A stretch of 32,000 nucleotides of DNA from Pseudodesulfovibrio piezophilus C1TLV30 (lineage in GTDB: Bacteria; Desulfobacterota; Desulfovibrionia; Desulfovibrionales; Desulfovibrionaceae). Positions 1 to 8,423 of the stretch are shown piece after piece (within the stretch, counting starts at the first letter, position 1; each line of letters begins with the position of its first letter). The stretch covers positions 3,062,411 to 3,094,410 of the forward strand of contig NC_020409.1 of NCBI RefSeq assembly GCF_000341895.1. Direction: 5' to 3'. The notes beneath the pieces are model-generated. The model did no database searches. It had not been told where the DNA came from and saw nothing but the letters and a program-made list of their open reading frames with translations. The position numbers were made by a program, and so were the translations under genes.

Positions 1-1091
1 GTCAGGGTTGCGCCGTCTGAAGCCGCGCCATCGGAAACAGTGTAGTTGACGGTGATGGTCTCAGATTCACCTGCGGCGAGATAATCATAGCCTGAGGCGT
101 CAAAGGAATAGGTTCCGTCACCGTTGAAAGTTAGGCCATCGGGGATGGTCTGTCCGTCATCGAGGGAATAGGTGAGTTCATCGGATGAGTTGTCCACATC
201 AGAGTCATTGACGGCGACAGAACCTGTCAAAGCTGCTCCGTCTTCCAAAAGAGCGCCGCCGTTGTCATCCACGGCAACCGGGGCGTCATTGATAGGCAGG
301 ATGGTAATTGATCCTTCGCCCGAAGTGGAGAGTCCACCGCTGTCTGAGACGGTATAGCTGACTTGAATGTCTCCAAAATAATCTTGATCCGGCACAAACG
401 TCCATTGTCCTGAAACCCCTTCAATCGGGGTGAGCGTACCACCTGAGACCGAAAGTTGTGTCACCGAAAGGAAAGATCCTGGGTCATCCGTGACGTGTTG
501 CAGGATGTCAGTGTCCTTAATGATATAAGGGTTGTCTGCACTGTTCGGCTCGTTATCCTCATTCATAGTCAGCTGAAATTCACTGATGATTTCAGGAGCA
601 TTGTTAACGATTTCAGTGGAATCCTGTCCTGCTGTGAGAGGGGTGTCGTTGTCTTCCCCGGCTGAACGAAGAAGATCTCCTTGCCCTTGAATTCTCTCGA
701 TACTCCTGAACAGGGCTCCGCTGTCATCTATATATGCGCCGACACCGCTCCCTCCCACGCTCCCGCTGGCGGCAGTCTCAATGGTGTCTCCTGCGGTATT
801 GAAGACAAAAAGATAGACATTACCCGGGACTTCCTCGCCCCCGATCAACTCGAAAACGGGAATATTCCCCTGCTCTGCGGCAACAGCGTAATCTTCGATA
901 ACAATGGTCCCGCCATTTTCTGTAGTAATGACCAGGTCGTTGTCGTTGCTACTGAATATAGCGTCGTTGACTTCAAATCCGAATGAAATGACACCATCTG
1001 CCGGAAGTGTATATGAAACCGTTTCCTGAGAATTCGCGGGTGGCGCTATGGTGCCACCGTTCGTGAGTTGTATAGATTGCGTATCAGCCAT
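1..1091 (-). CDS. Giant repeat adhesin / T1SS-type surface protein, N-terminal 363 codons only (3' end leaves the window)
   Basis: Absent from the supplied ORF track because no stop codon lies inside the window. I checked every minus-strand codon in the frame of the ATG (complement of 1089-1091) down to nt 3 and found no stop. GGAGG (complement of 1097-1101) lies 5 nt upstream of the ATG. Hand translation: MADTQSIQLTNGGTIAPPANSQETVSYTLPADGVISFGFEVNDAIFSSNDNDLVITTENGGTIVIEDY...SITILPINDAPVAVDDNGGALLEDGAALTGSVAVNDSDVDN...ETITVNYTVSDGAASDGATL. INDAPVAxDD and YTVSDxxG motifs are typical of cadherin-like/VCBS-type repeats in very large exported adhesins (family call from memory). Confidence 0.7.
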   Translation of the reverse strand, partial: MADTQSIQLTNGGTIAPPANSQETVSYTLPADGVISFGFEVNDAIFSSNDNDLVITTENGGTIVIEDYAVAAEQGNIPVFELIGGEEVPGNVYLFVFNTAGDTIETAASGSVGGSGVGAYIDDSGALFRSIERIQGQGDLLRSAGEDNDTPLTAGQDSTEIVNNAPEIISEFQLTMNEDNEPNSADNPYIIKDTDILQHVTDDPGSFLSVTQLSVSGGTLTPIEGVSGQWTFVPDQDYFGDIQVSYTVSDSGGLSTSGEGSITILPINDAPVAVDDNGGALLEDGAALTGSVAVNDSDVDNSSDELTYSLDDGQTIPDGLTFNGDGTYSFDASGYDYLAAGESETITVNYTVSDGAASDGATL

Positions 1092-1630
1092 GGGTTCCTC
1101 CTAAAAAGTGAGTAGGCTATTCATGTCGGAATTTTTTTCCTGAATTTAAATTAGAATATACGCATGGATGCAAATCAAGTCAACGGTAATTAAGTTAATT
1201 AAACTAATGCTTTGTCCTGTGTATAACAGAAAGCAATAAAGTCATACCTGTTGCGAGGCAAGGGGGATTTTGAATTGCGAATAGAAGTGATTATTCGAAT
1301 GTTATAAAAGTTATTAACAGATACCTGTTTATAACTTGACGAGGGCGGATTTTGTTTTCCCCGACAATAATAAGATGTTTTAAATCACAATATGTTGTAA
1401 TAATGATATTTTTTATGTAAATAGAAAAGATTATCATTTTTGGGCATCAAAGTGCGCACAAATTGCCATAGGGCGTAAAGTGAGTAGCCTCCTTATGCAC
1501 AAAAGCTTTCATGTTTGTGCATGACACTTTCGAGTGCCTTGGTCACTTGAAGGTGCCTACTTCCCTTTTATGGCTCTACTGGTAAAAGAGGAAGACAAGG
1601 TAGGTTTTTGATCAAGCAAAAGGAGAACTC

Positions 1631-2467
1631 ATGTTCCAGTTTGAAGTTGATTCGGAGTTATGTATCGGTTGTGGCGAGTGTGCCGCTGACTGTCCTTATT
1701 CTGTAATAGAAATGGTCGATGACTTTCCCACAATCAGTGAGGAGAAATCGAAACAATGTATTGAATGTCAGCACTGTCTTGCAATTTGTCAGCCGGGCGC
1801 GCTGTCTATATTCGGTCTTGATCCTGCTCAATCCATGGCTCTGCCTGGAAAGCCGTTGGACCCTGCCGAATTGGAACTGCTGATGTTGGGCCGTCGCTCC
1901 ATCCGGCGGTATAAGGATGAACCGGTCAATCCGGCTTTGCTCGATTCCATCTTGGAAGTTGTGCGTCATGCCCCTACGGCAGTGAATCAGCGCGGAACGG
2001 TGTTGACCGTGGTGGAAGACAAAGAAGCCATGGATGCTCTGCGGACTCGGATCTATGATGCCTTGCGTCAGAAAAGGGATGCCGGAGAATTGCCGGAAGA
2101 GATGAAGTTCTTTGCAGGAGTCGTCAAAGCGTGGGATGCAGGGAAAGATATCCTTTTCCGGGGAGCACCGCATTTTCTGGTTGTTTCCAACCCGGCTGAT
2201 TCTCCAGCACCCGTGGCTGATTCTCTTATTGCCATGAACTATTTTGAGCTGTTGGCGAGCGCTCATGGCATAGGGACTGTATGGGATGGGCTGGCGAAGT
2301 GGGCCTTGACCATTGTTGTTCCTGAGGTCGCATCCATGCTCAATATCCCGGACAATCATGAAATAGGCTATATGATGGCGTTTGGCATGCCTGCTATCAG
2401 GTATCATCGGACTGTCCAGCGTCCTGGTGGTGTCGTTAATAAGGTCACGGTTGAAAAATCAAAGTGA
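1631..2467 (+). CDS. 4Fe-4S dicluster ferredoxin domain fused to a nitroreductase-family domain
   Basis: 278-aa ORF. AGGAG lies 5 nt before the ATG at 1631. The N-terminus has two ferredoxin cysteine motifs (CIGCGECAADCP and CIECQHCLAICQP). The rest (RRSIRRY, HAPTAVNQRG, GIGTVWDG) looks like a nitroreductase fold. Confidence 0.8.
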   Translation: MFQFEVDSELCIGCGECAADCPYSVIEMVDDFPTISEEKSKQCIECQHCLAICQPGALSIFGLDPAQSMALPGKPLDPAELELLMLGRRSIRRYKDEPVNPALLDSILEVVRHAPTAVNQRGTVLTVVEDKEAMDALRTRIYDALRQKRDAGELPEEMKFFAGVVKAWDAGKDILFRGAPHFLVVSNPADSPAPVADSLIAMNYFELLASAHGIGTVWDGLAKWALTIVVPEVASMLNIPDNHEIGYMMAFGMPAIRYHRTVQRPGGVVNKVTVEKSK

Positions 2468-2567
2468 TGATTCTTCCTGAGAACCGTTCGTGAAGGAAGA
2501 AAAATGGGTAGGGCCCTGAGAAATCCTCCCTCGGGGCCCTCCGGTTTGAGTGTTGTAGACAGGACAG

Positions 2568-4676
2568 TTATTTAGTAGAAATGAACCATATCCCGTCCCA
2601 TCTTGCAGGCGGAGAGGCGGCTAGTTCAGCGCATTTGTCGCGGTATCGGGATGAAACAGGATCGGTTTCGGCAAGCGAAGAGAAGACCCTGAATGCTCGA
2701 TTGAAGTTTCCTGCATAGAAAAAAGCAAGGCCTTGCTCAAATCTTTTCAGTCGTTTCTCCCCATGTGCCCGTTCCTGCAAACTCAGCGGCGCATGGATCG
2801 TGACAGGTTCCTGCTTCCCAGGGACGATGACACGCGATATTTCTCTGAGCAAGATCGTGTTATCAAGAAGGTCCCGCGTTGTTTGGGAGATCAGAGTTGT
2901 TGTCCCGAATTGCTTGTTGATTCCTTCCAATCGGGCCGCAATATTGACCGAATCGCCCATGGCTGTGTAGTCGAATCTCGTGGATGAACCGAAGTTGCCG
3001 ACCACAGCCGGGCCAGTATTAATACCTATTCGTACGTGGAATTCATGGCCGGTTCGTATTGCGAGCCCGGGCCGCATGGTTGCCAGCTTTTTCTGGCAGT
3101 CGATGGCGGCCAGAACAGCTCGTTGCGCATGGTCGGGCTGATTCAGGGGCGCGTTCCAGAAAGCAACGATACCGTCACCTTCATATTTGTCTATAGTTCC
3201 ACCTAATTCCTGAATGGTTTCGGTCATTGCAGTGAGGTATTCATTGGTCACCGCTGTCAGGTCTTCGGGTTCCATACTTTCGGCAATGGAGGTGAATCCC
3301 ACGAGATCGGCAAAGAAGATTGTAAGGGATTTTCTTTCTCCTCCCAATGAGAGGCGGCTTGGGTCCCTGAGAAGCTGTTCAATGACATTCGGGCTGAGGT
3401 ATTGGCTGAAGGCGGATTTGATGAAATTTCTTTGTCGGCCTTCAGTGATATATTTGATCGTCCCCGCGATTAATATTGAGAAGACGCATGCCGTGAGTTG
3501 CAGTGTCAGCCCGAACCAGAATCCCATGCGGTATAGAATGAAAGAAAGCGTCATCGGAGCCGAGAGAATGACGAACGATGCAGCTGATGACATGAGCGTG
3601 GTTCGAAACTCCATGACCCCCATGGCCGTCAGGATACCAAAGAGGACGGCTGCAACCGTATTGGCTGTTTGACCGACCGGGTGTATAAAATCGCCTGAGA
3701 GTATATTGTCGAGAACTGTTGCATCAATTTCTATACCAGGAAATTTGTTTCCCACGGGAGTAGACCGTAAGTCGTAGAGGGCTGGGGCTGAAACGCCAAA
3801 CATGACGTGTTTGTTTTTGAATTCCGTCGGATCAATAAGCGGGGCCTTCCCTTCAGCAAGGTTGTACCGGCTCTCCATGATATCAGCTGCTTTGTATGTC
3901 TTGAAAGTCCCTTTTGGCCCTCTATAGTTGATAATAGCCGATCCTTGTTCATCTGTGGGGATATTTTTGCCCAAAAGAGTGACTGATCTGGAATGAAATT
4001 GAAGTGGAGTGGAACTGCTTTCGAAAGTTGCTATTGCCAGTGGGAGTGAAGGGACCAATTTGTGGTCGAAAAGAACGAAAAGAGGTGCCCGTCGCAATAT
4101 TTCATCAGGGTCGGCAGTGATATTGGCGTTGCCGATAGTGGTTCCTTCTGTCAGGTCCGGTATTGGAAAAGTGGCAACATTTGAACCGTCTGATCGTATC
4201 GTTCCTATTGATTGCAACGTGGGAAGCGGGATCGATTGCGGCCATGATTCATCAGAACCGTCCAATTTGGCAAAGTCACCTGGAAGAATGGCACGGCCAA
4301 ATTGTTTTAAAGCAAAGCTGAGGGTTTCATCATCTCTGGAGCCATAGACTGACGGATCGTTGAAAATGACATCCAGAGTGAGAGAAGAGGCTCCTGCCAG
4401 TCGACAGAAGTCAATGATGGGGACATACGCTTTGCGAGGCCAGGGCCATGTGTAGCCGAATTGCTGTTGCGCCCGATTCAGGGAGTTTCGATCCAGAAGG
4501 ATCAGCCGGATTTCCTCTGTGGTGGCGCTGGGTTTGGCTAAAATTCGTGCACGCAGGTCAAAGGTGAGAGCTTCCCATGAATCAAGAGCGCCTGTTCCCC
4601 ATAAGCTTAGAGCTATTAAAGCGCCAATCAGGCCAGCACCGAGTCCGGCCAGCAGTCGTTTTATCCTGGGAGTCAA
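2568..4676 (-). CDS. CHASE2-type sensor adenylate/guanylate cyclase (class III)
   Basis: 702-aa ORF with a TTG start and GGAGG 4 nt upstream. It has an N-terminal TM helix, a ~330-aa extracytoplasmic-looking region and a block of TM helices. The C-terminal class III cyclase motifs are LTIFFADLVGFTS, KYEGDGIVAFW, RIGINTGPAVVGNFG and DYTAMGDSVNIAARLE. Confidence 0.8.
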   Translation of the reverse strand: MTPRIKRLLAGLGAGLIGALIALSLWGTGALDSWEALTFDLRARILAKPSATTEEIRLILLDRNSLNRAQQQFGYTWPWPRKAYVPIIDFCRLAGASSLTLDVIFNDPSVYGSRDDETLSFALKQFGRAILPGDFAKLDGSDESWPQSIPLPTLQSIGTIRSDGSNVATFPIPDLTEGTTIGNANITADPDEILRRAPLFVLFDHKLVPSLPLAIATFESSSTPLQFHSRSVTLLGKNIPTDEQGSAIINYRGPKGTFKTYKAADIMESRYNLAEGKAPLIDPTEFKNKHVMFGVSAPALYDLRSTPVGNKFPGIEIDATVLDNILSGDFIHPVGQTANTVAAVLFGILTAMGVMEFRTTLMSSAASFVILSAPMTLSFILYRMGFWFGLTLQLTACVFSILIAGTIKYITEGRQRNFIKSAFSQYLSPNVIEQLLRDPSRLSLGGERKSLTIFFADLVGFTSIAESMEPEDLTAVTNEYLTAMTETIQELGGTIDKYEGDGIVAFWNAPLNQPDHAQRAVLAAIDCQKKLATMRPGLAIRTGHEFHVRIGINTGPAVVGNFGSSTRFDYTAMGDSVNIAARLEGINKQFGTTTLISQTTRDLLDNTILLREISRVIVPGKQEPVTIHAPLSLQERAHGEKRLKRFEQGLAFFYAGNFNRAFRVFSSLAETDPVSSRYRDKCAELAASPPARWDGIWFISTK

Positions 4677-4942
4677 GTTGTTGCCTCCGGTTATTAATAA
4701 CCCGTTCTTTTCGCGAGAGAATCAAGCCTTTTCATCAATAATTGTTCGAGCCATAGTCTGGTCGGCTCGATTGTACGAACTTTCCCGCTGTTGCATGAGC
4801 GTGTCATTGCTCAAATGGTAGATGAATTATATTGTGAATTGGAGCGGGGCGAGATTCCAAACCCATTTCATGCCATATGTCTTCCAGTTTTTCTTTCAGC
4901 AGAGGATTTTTGTATCAATTGCATCTTATCCGCTCTTTTATA

Positions 4943-4971
4943 TTGACAAGATTCGAGTCATTCTGCAAATT
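4943..4971 (+). promoter_or_regulatory. Candidate sigma70-type promoter of tRNA-Ala
   Basis: TTGACA at 4943-4948, a 17-nt spacer, then the weak -10-like CAAATT at 4966-4971, ending 18 nt before the tRNA 5' end. Pattern match only. Confidence 0.3.
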
Positions 4972-4988
4972 AACTCTCCCAACAGCGT

Positions 4989-5064
<76 letters not shown>

Positions 5065-5074
5065 CAAGAAAGTT

Positions 5075-5108
5075 AAGGGTTTCAAGTGAATACTTGGAAC
5101 CCTTTTTT
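5075..5108 (+). terminator. Rho-independent terminator after tRNA-Ala (island-supplied)
   Basis: 12-bp stem aagggtttcaag / cttggaaccctt (one G-U pair), 6-nt loop tgaata, then a T6 run ending at 5108. Confidence 0.65.
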
Positions 5109-5141
5109 CGTGCCTGATGGCGGATTTCAGGAATATGTCCG

Positions 5142-6329
5142 CTATGTGTCCGCCGCTTCCGACCGACTGTTTTCGGTGCCGGTCATGGCGTAGCGCGCGG
5201 CCAGACGATCTTGCGGACCGTCTTCCAACACGCCTTCAAGGTGGCTGTACCGGTCCGTCATGCGCAGGGTCTTGTGCCCGATCATGACGTTGGTCTCCTT
5301 GAGCGTGCAGCCTGCCTTCAGCATGTTCGTGCAATAGGTGTGGCGGTGATCGTGGAAGTGCAGGTCGTCGAAGTCGTGGTCTTTGCACAGCCCTTCCCAC
5401 GCGGCCTTGATGGACCTGAACGGGGTGCCGTCCATGTTGCCGATTACGAAATCGCCCTTGGTCGCCACGCCCCGTTTTTCTCGGTGTCGGGTCACATGCT
5501 CCAAACGAGCTTCGAGTGCTTTGCGGGTGCGGGGCATAATCCGGTGGGTTCGGGTCACCCCGTTTTTGGTGCGGTGGAACGTGATGTGGTTTTCCGCAAG
5601 GTCGACATTGGCCCACTTGAGGCTGAGGACTTCCTGGGTGCTGCACCCGTGCTCGACCGCCAGCAGGATCGCCAGGGGCAAGTAGTGCTTCGCCCTGCGC
5701 TGATGGGCCGCTGCCAGCAGCTTCTCGATTTCGAGGGGCTTCTGGGCCTTCTTGCGCTCACTGGCCTTCTCCGACAAGTATGGGATGTCCCGCGCAATGT
5801 TTTTTTCGATCAAACCCTGCTTCGCGGCCTGTGCGAACACTTGCTTGATGACAAACAATCGGCGGTTCGCCAACACGTTGCAGTTCTTGCCTTTTTCGCC
5901 CTTGGCCACAAGCTTCGCCTTGGTCTGTGCGGCGATGCCGATGCGGTAATCTCGAATGGTCTCCTCCTTGAGGTCATGGAGCAGGGTGTGCTTCCATCCC
6001 TTCAGGACCGGGGCCAGCAGGTAGCCGTACCCGGCATGGCTCGCCTGGGATATCTTTCCTTCCCCGAGCTTTCGGTCCCATTCGTCCCGACACAGCAGGG
6101 CAGCTTGCCCAAAAGTGGGCAGGGACTGCTGCTTCGGTTGCCGAGTTTCCTTGGTCGGCAATCTGCCACTGTCGAGCAGGGTGCGAAGCCGGTTGGCTTC
6201 TTCCTGGGCCAGGTCTTTCCGTCTTAGCGTCTTGTGGTATTCCTTCCTGTCCGTTTCCGGGTTGTTGAAGTGAATGACGTACGCTTTTCCCTTTTTCAGC
6301 GAACGGGTCGCGATGGTGACAGTAGCCAT
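5142..6329 (-). CDS. int: Tyrosine-type site-specific integrase
   Basis: 395-aa ORF next to the tRNA and reading toward it. The C-terminal catalytic region is HFHDHRHTYCTNMLKAGCTLKETNVMIGHKTLRMTDRYSHL (the H-x-x-R ... H ... Y signature of tyrosine recombinases). GGGAGA SD lies upstream within the end of the preceding gene. Confidence 0.9.
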   Translation of the reverse strand: MATVTIATRSLKKGKAYVIHFNNPETDRKEYHKTLRRKDLAQEEANRLRTLLDSGRLPTKETRQPKQQSLPTFGQAALLCRDEWDRKLGEGKISQASHAGYGYLLAPVLKGWKHTLLHDLKEETIRDYRIGIAAQTKAKLVAKGEKGKNCNVLANRRLFVIKQVFAQAAKQGLIEKNIARDIPYLSEKASERKKAQKPLEIEKLLAAAHQRRAKHYLPLAILLAVEHGCSTQEVLSLKWANVDLAENHITFHRTKNGVTRTHRIMPRTRKALEARLEHVTRHREKRGVATKGDFVIGNMDGTPFRSIKAAWEGLCKDHDFDDLHFHDHRHTYCTNMLKAGCTLKETNVMIGHKTLRMTDRYSHLEGVLEDGPQDRLAARYAMTGTENSRSEAADT

Positions 6330-6332
6330 AAG

Positions 6333-6536
6333 CTATTCTCCCTTCGGACTGTTCGCCGCCAAGCTTCTTCGATTTTCAATGAACGCTTGCAGGTCTGTTT
6401 TCAGAACCAGCTTTCGTGATCCTATCGCGATATGACCCAAGGCGCCAGACTGAATCAGACGCGAAATGGTCGCACGGTGGACCCGCAAAAAGCAGGCGAC
6501 TTCCCTGATGGTCAAAAGAGTCGATGCATCGGACAT
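6333..6536 (-). CDS. Excisionase-family / AlpA-like helix-turn-helix DNA-binding protein
   Basis: MSDASTLLTIREVACFLRVHRATISRLIQSGALGHIAIGSRKLVLKTDLQAFIE matches the excisionase-type HTH pattern. I prefer the ATG at 6536 (67 aa) over the track start at 6626, because the extra 30 residues are Gly/Arg-rich filler. The stop lies 3 nt before the integrase ATG. Confidence 0.7.
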   Translation of the reverse strand: MSDASTLLTIREVACFLRVHRATISRLIQSGALGHIAIGSRKLVLKTDLQAFIENRRSLAANSPKGE

Positions 6537-6706
6537 GGTGTGGTTCTCATAGGAACGGAACGTAAAGCCTCCTACCGCCGTAGCGTACCCGTTTCCACTT
6601 CCCCTTCGGTTGAAGTTGCTCGTCAAAACTCAGCCAACAGTCCAGTTTGACACCGTAGGAGAAATAAAAGTCAAACGTCGGAAGGGGGCTCGGAGAGAAA
6701 AGAATG

Positions 6707-6743
6707 AAAAAAAATGAAGCCCCGCACTAAAAGGCGGGGCTTC
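6707..6743 (-). terminator. Rho-independent terminator of the recombinase-like gene
   Basis: Perfect 10-bp stem gaagccccgc / gcggggcttc (6716-6725 / 6734-6743) with an 8-nt loop. On the minus strand it is followed by T8 (A8 at 6707-6714). It starts 3 nt after the stop at 6746. Confidence 0.8.
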
Positions 6744-6745
6744 TG

Positions 6746-7705
6746 CTAATAGGAACTGCCAAGATAGGCGTTCGATACGTCACGTCTTCCGGCAGAATGT
6801 CCTGCCGTGTCTTCGATCTCATCACGTGCTTCATTGTCGAGCCGGGGCCATTTTTCCCCGGCGGCATCGTATGCTGCTGCTTGAAACACCTGAACGTCGT
6901 CGTGCTGGTTGGGCGGTTCAAAGCCAGTATGCTCCACGTATATTTGGTGGAAGCGCTCGTGACGGAGACCGTGCAGGGTTCCCCCTGCGTCTTTGCCGGT
7001 CAGACCGTGTTTTCTGGCCGCATAGTCCAACCGATGCAGCCAGTTGTCGCCCATATGCTCGGGCATGAGGTTGTTGACGCCTTTCCTGTCTGAAGGGGAC
7101 ACATATTCCTGCGCCCGTTCAAGGGCTGCTTCTTGCATGGGCGACAGGTTGAGCAAGGCTCTTGGTCTGCCGCCTTTGGTCCCGTACTGGACAAGCAGAC
7201 TGTGCTCGTCGCGATTCCAGTCATTGGGCAAGTCCAGCTTGGCCGATTCTTCCCGACGCAGCCCGAGCTCATACATTAGCTCGATTTGTGCCGCTGCCCG
7301 ACCCGCCTGCGGATACGACGTGTCGTTCCGCATGCGGGTCAGGGTGTCTTGGATGACTTCCGGGCTCACTGCACGGGATGTCGCATTGGCGATAGACCCG
7401 CGTCTGACCCCGAAGATCGCGTTGTTCTTGCTGATGTGGTTATTTCCGTATGCACGGCAGATATGGCGCGCGGCGCTGAAGACTTCGGCAATCCTGCCGT
7501 CACCCACGCCGTCCGCACGCATGGCGTCCGCCACACGCTGGAAATGTTTGTTGGTCACCTTGGTCCACTTCTGGGCTCCCAGGTTCGCCTGGCGCAAGAC
7601 CTTGACGAAATGTTGGGCCGTCTGGCGGATTCGGTGCTGTTTCGATTTCGGGCCGGACAAGGTTGCCCGGTTGATCCCATACTTGAGGCTGTCGGATTTT
7701 CTCAT
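6746..7705 (-). CDS. Second tyrosine-recombinase-like protein (integrase-domain protein of the type seen on plasmids/ICEs)
   Basis: I prefer the ATG at 7705, which has AAGGAG 7 nt upstream, over the track start at 7738. Recombinase-like elements are ELGLRREESAKL, LHGLRHERFHQIY and a C-terminal SNAYLGS tyrosine. The N-terminal part (KWTKVTNKHFQRVADAMRADGVGDGRIAEVFSAARHICRAYG) resembles the 'phage integrase N-terminal' module. Family call is from memory. Confidence 0.5.
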   Translation of the reverse strand: MRKSDSLKYGINRATLSGPKSKQHRIRQTAQHFVKVLRQANLGAQKWTKVTNKHFQRVADAMRADGVGDGRIAEVFSAARHICRAYGNNHISKNNAIFGVRRGSIANATSRAVSPEVIQDTLTRMRNDTSYPQAGRAAAQIELMYELGLRREESAKLDLPNDWNRDEHSLLVQYGTKGGRPRALLNLSPMQEAALERAQEYVSPSDRKGVNNLMPEHMGDNWLHRLDYAARKHGLTGKDAGGTLHGLRHERFHQIYVEHTGFEPPNQHDDVQVFQAAAYDAAGEKWPRLDNEARDEIEDTAGHSAGRRDVSNAYLGSSY

Positions 7706-8423
7706 TGGAATTCTCCTTCCGTTAAAGGTTCGGGGCAACGCCCCGGGGCCAAGCAGATCGGACTTTTCCCGTTATCCGGGAAAGACCTGCCTGTGGCGGT
7801 AACCCCGCCACGCATCACCAGCTAAGGGAAGAATGAATGCCCGTTTCCCATTGGAAGAAGATTCCGGAAGACCCAGTCAATAAGGGATGCTGCCCCGCAA
7901 GTGCTAGTCTTGCGGATTGGATGGCAGCCGTAGGGGAAGTACGGCAATGACAAGCGTAGATACTTGTCATTCCACCATCGGCGGGTGCTGCGTTACAGCC
8001 TGCGTGTTTGGATTTGGAAATGGCCGTTTGTTTGGAAAACGGTGCGTGGATCGTTGAAGCACAAGGCTTCGTCATGCGTCATCAGTTCGGACTTCGTCAC
8101 GAACTTATGACGCGCATGAATGCGTTTTACCTCCTTTGGGTTACGGAATTATCCGGTGGATATGCCCAACCATATGACGCCGCAAAACCCTCGCGCAAGG
8201 TCCGGCGGCAGGGTTTCTGCCCCTCCTGCCGATTTTGCCGCGAGCGTGACACAAGCAGTCGCCGGGGCAAGACCAAGCCCTGCGGGCGGACGCTTCGCGG
8301 TCCGGCCTTGCCCCGACGACTTTGCTTGCGTCGAGATTATCGCAGGCGACGGCGAGAGGGATGGCGGGTTTGACTCAGGCTCAAGGGATTTCCTTGGCAA
8401 AGCTTGAGGAATACTATTCAGTA

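Noticed and set aside
2470-2567. GGGCCC ... GGGCCC inverted repeat (about 2512-2546) between the convergent nitroreductase and cyclase genes as a terminator
   Set aside because: The stem is only 6-7 bp with a 17-nt loop and no clear T tract on either strand, which is too weak to call.
5211-6227. 338-aa plus-strand ORF, plus several others (5236-5646, 5383-5685, 5555-5797), inside the integrase gene
   Set aside because: They are antisense or out-of-frame shadows of a GC-rich gene. Their sequences are low-complexity and Arg/Gly/Pro/Val-rich, with no SD. The integrase frame carries clear catalytic motifs.
7815-8407. ORFs 7815-8075(-), 8008-8373(+), 8120-8407(+), 8149-8400(-)
   Set aside because: They overlap one another, lack an SD and have Arg/Pro/Ala-rich low-complexity sequences. 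I treat the region as non-coding and structured (see finding).
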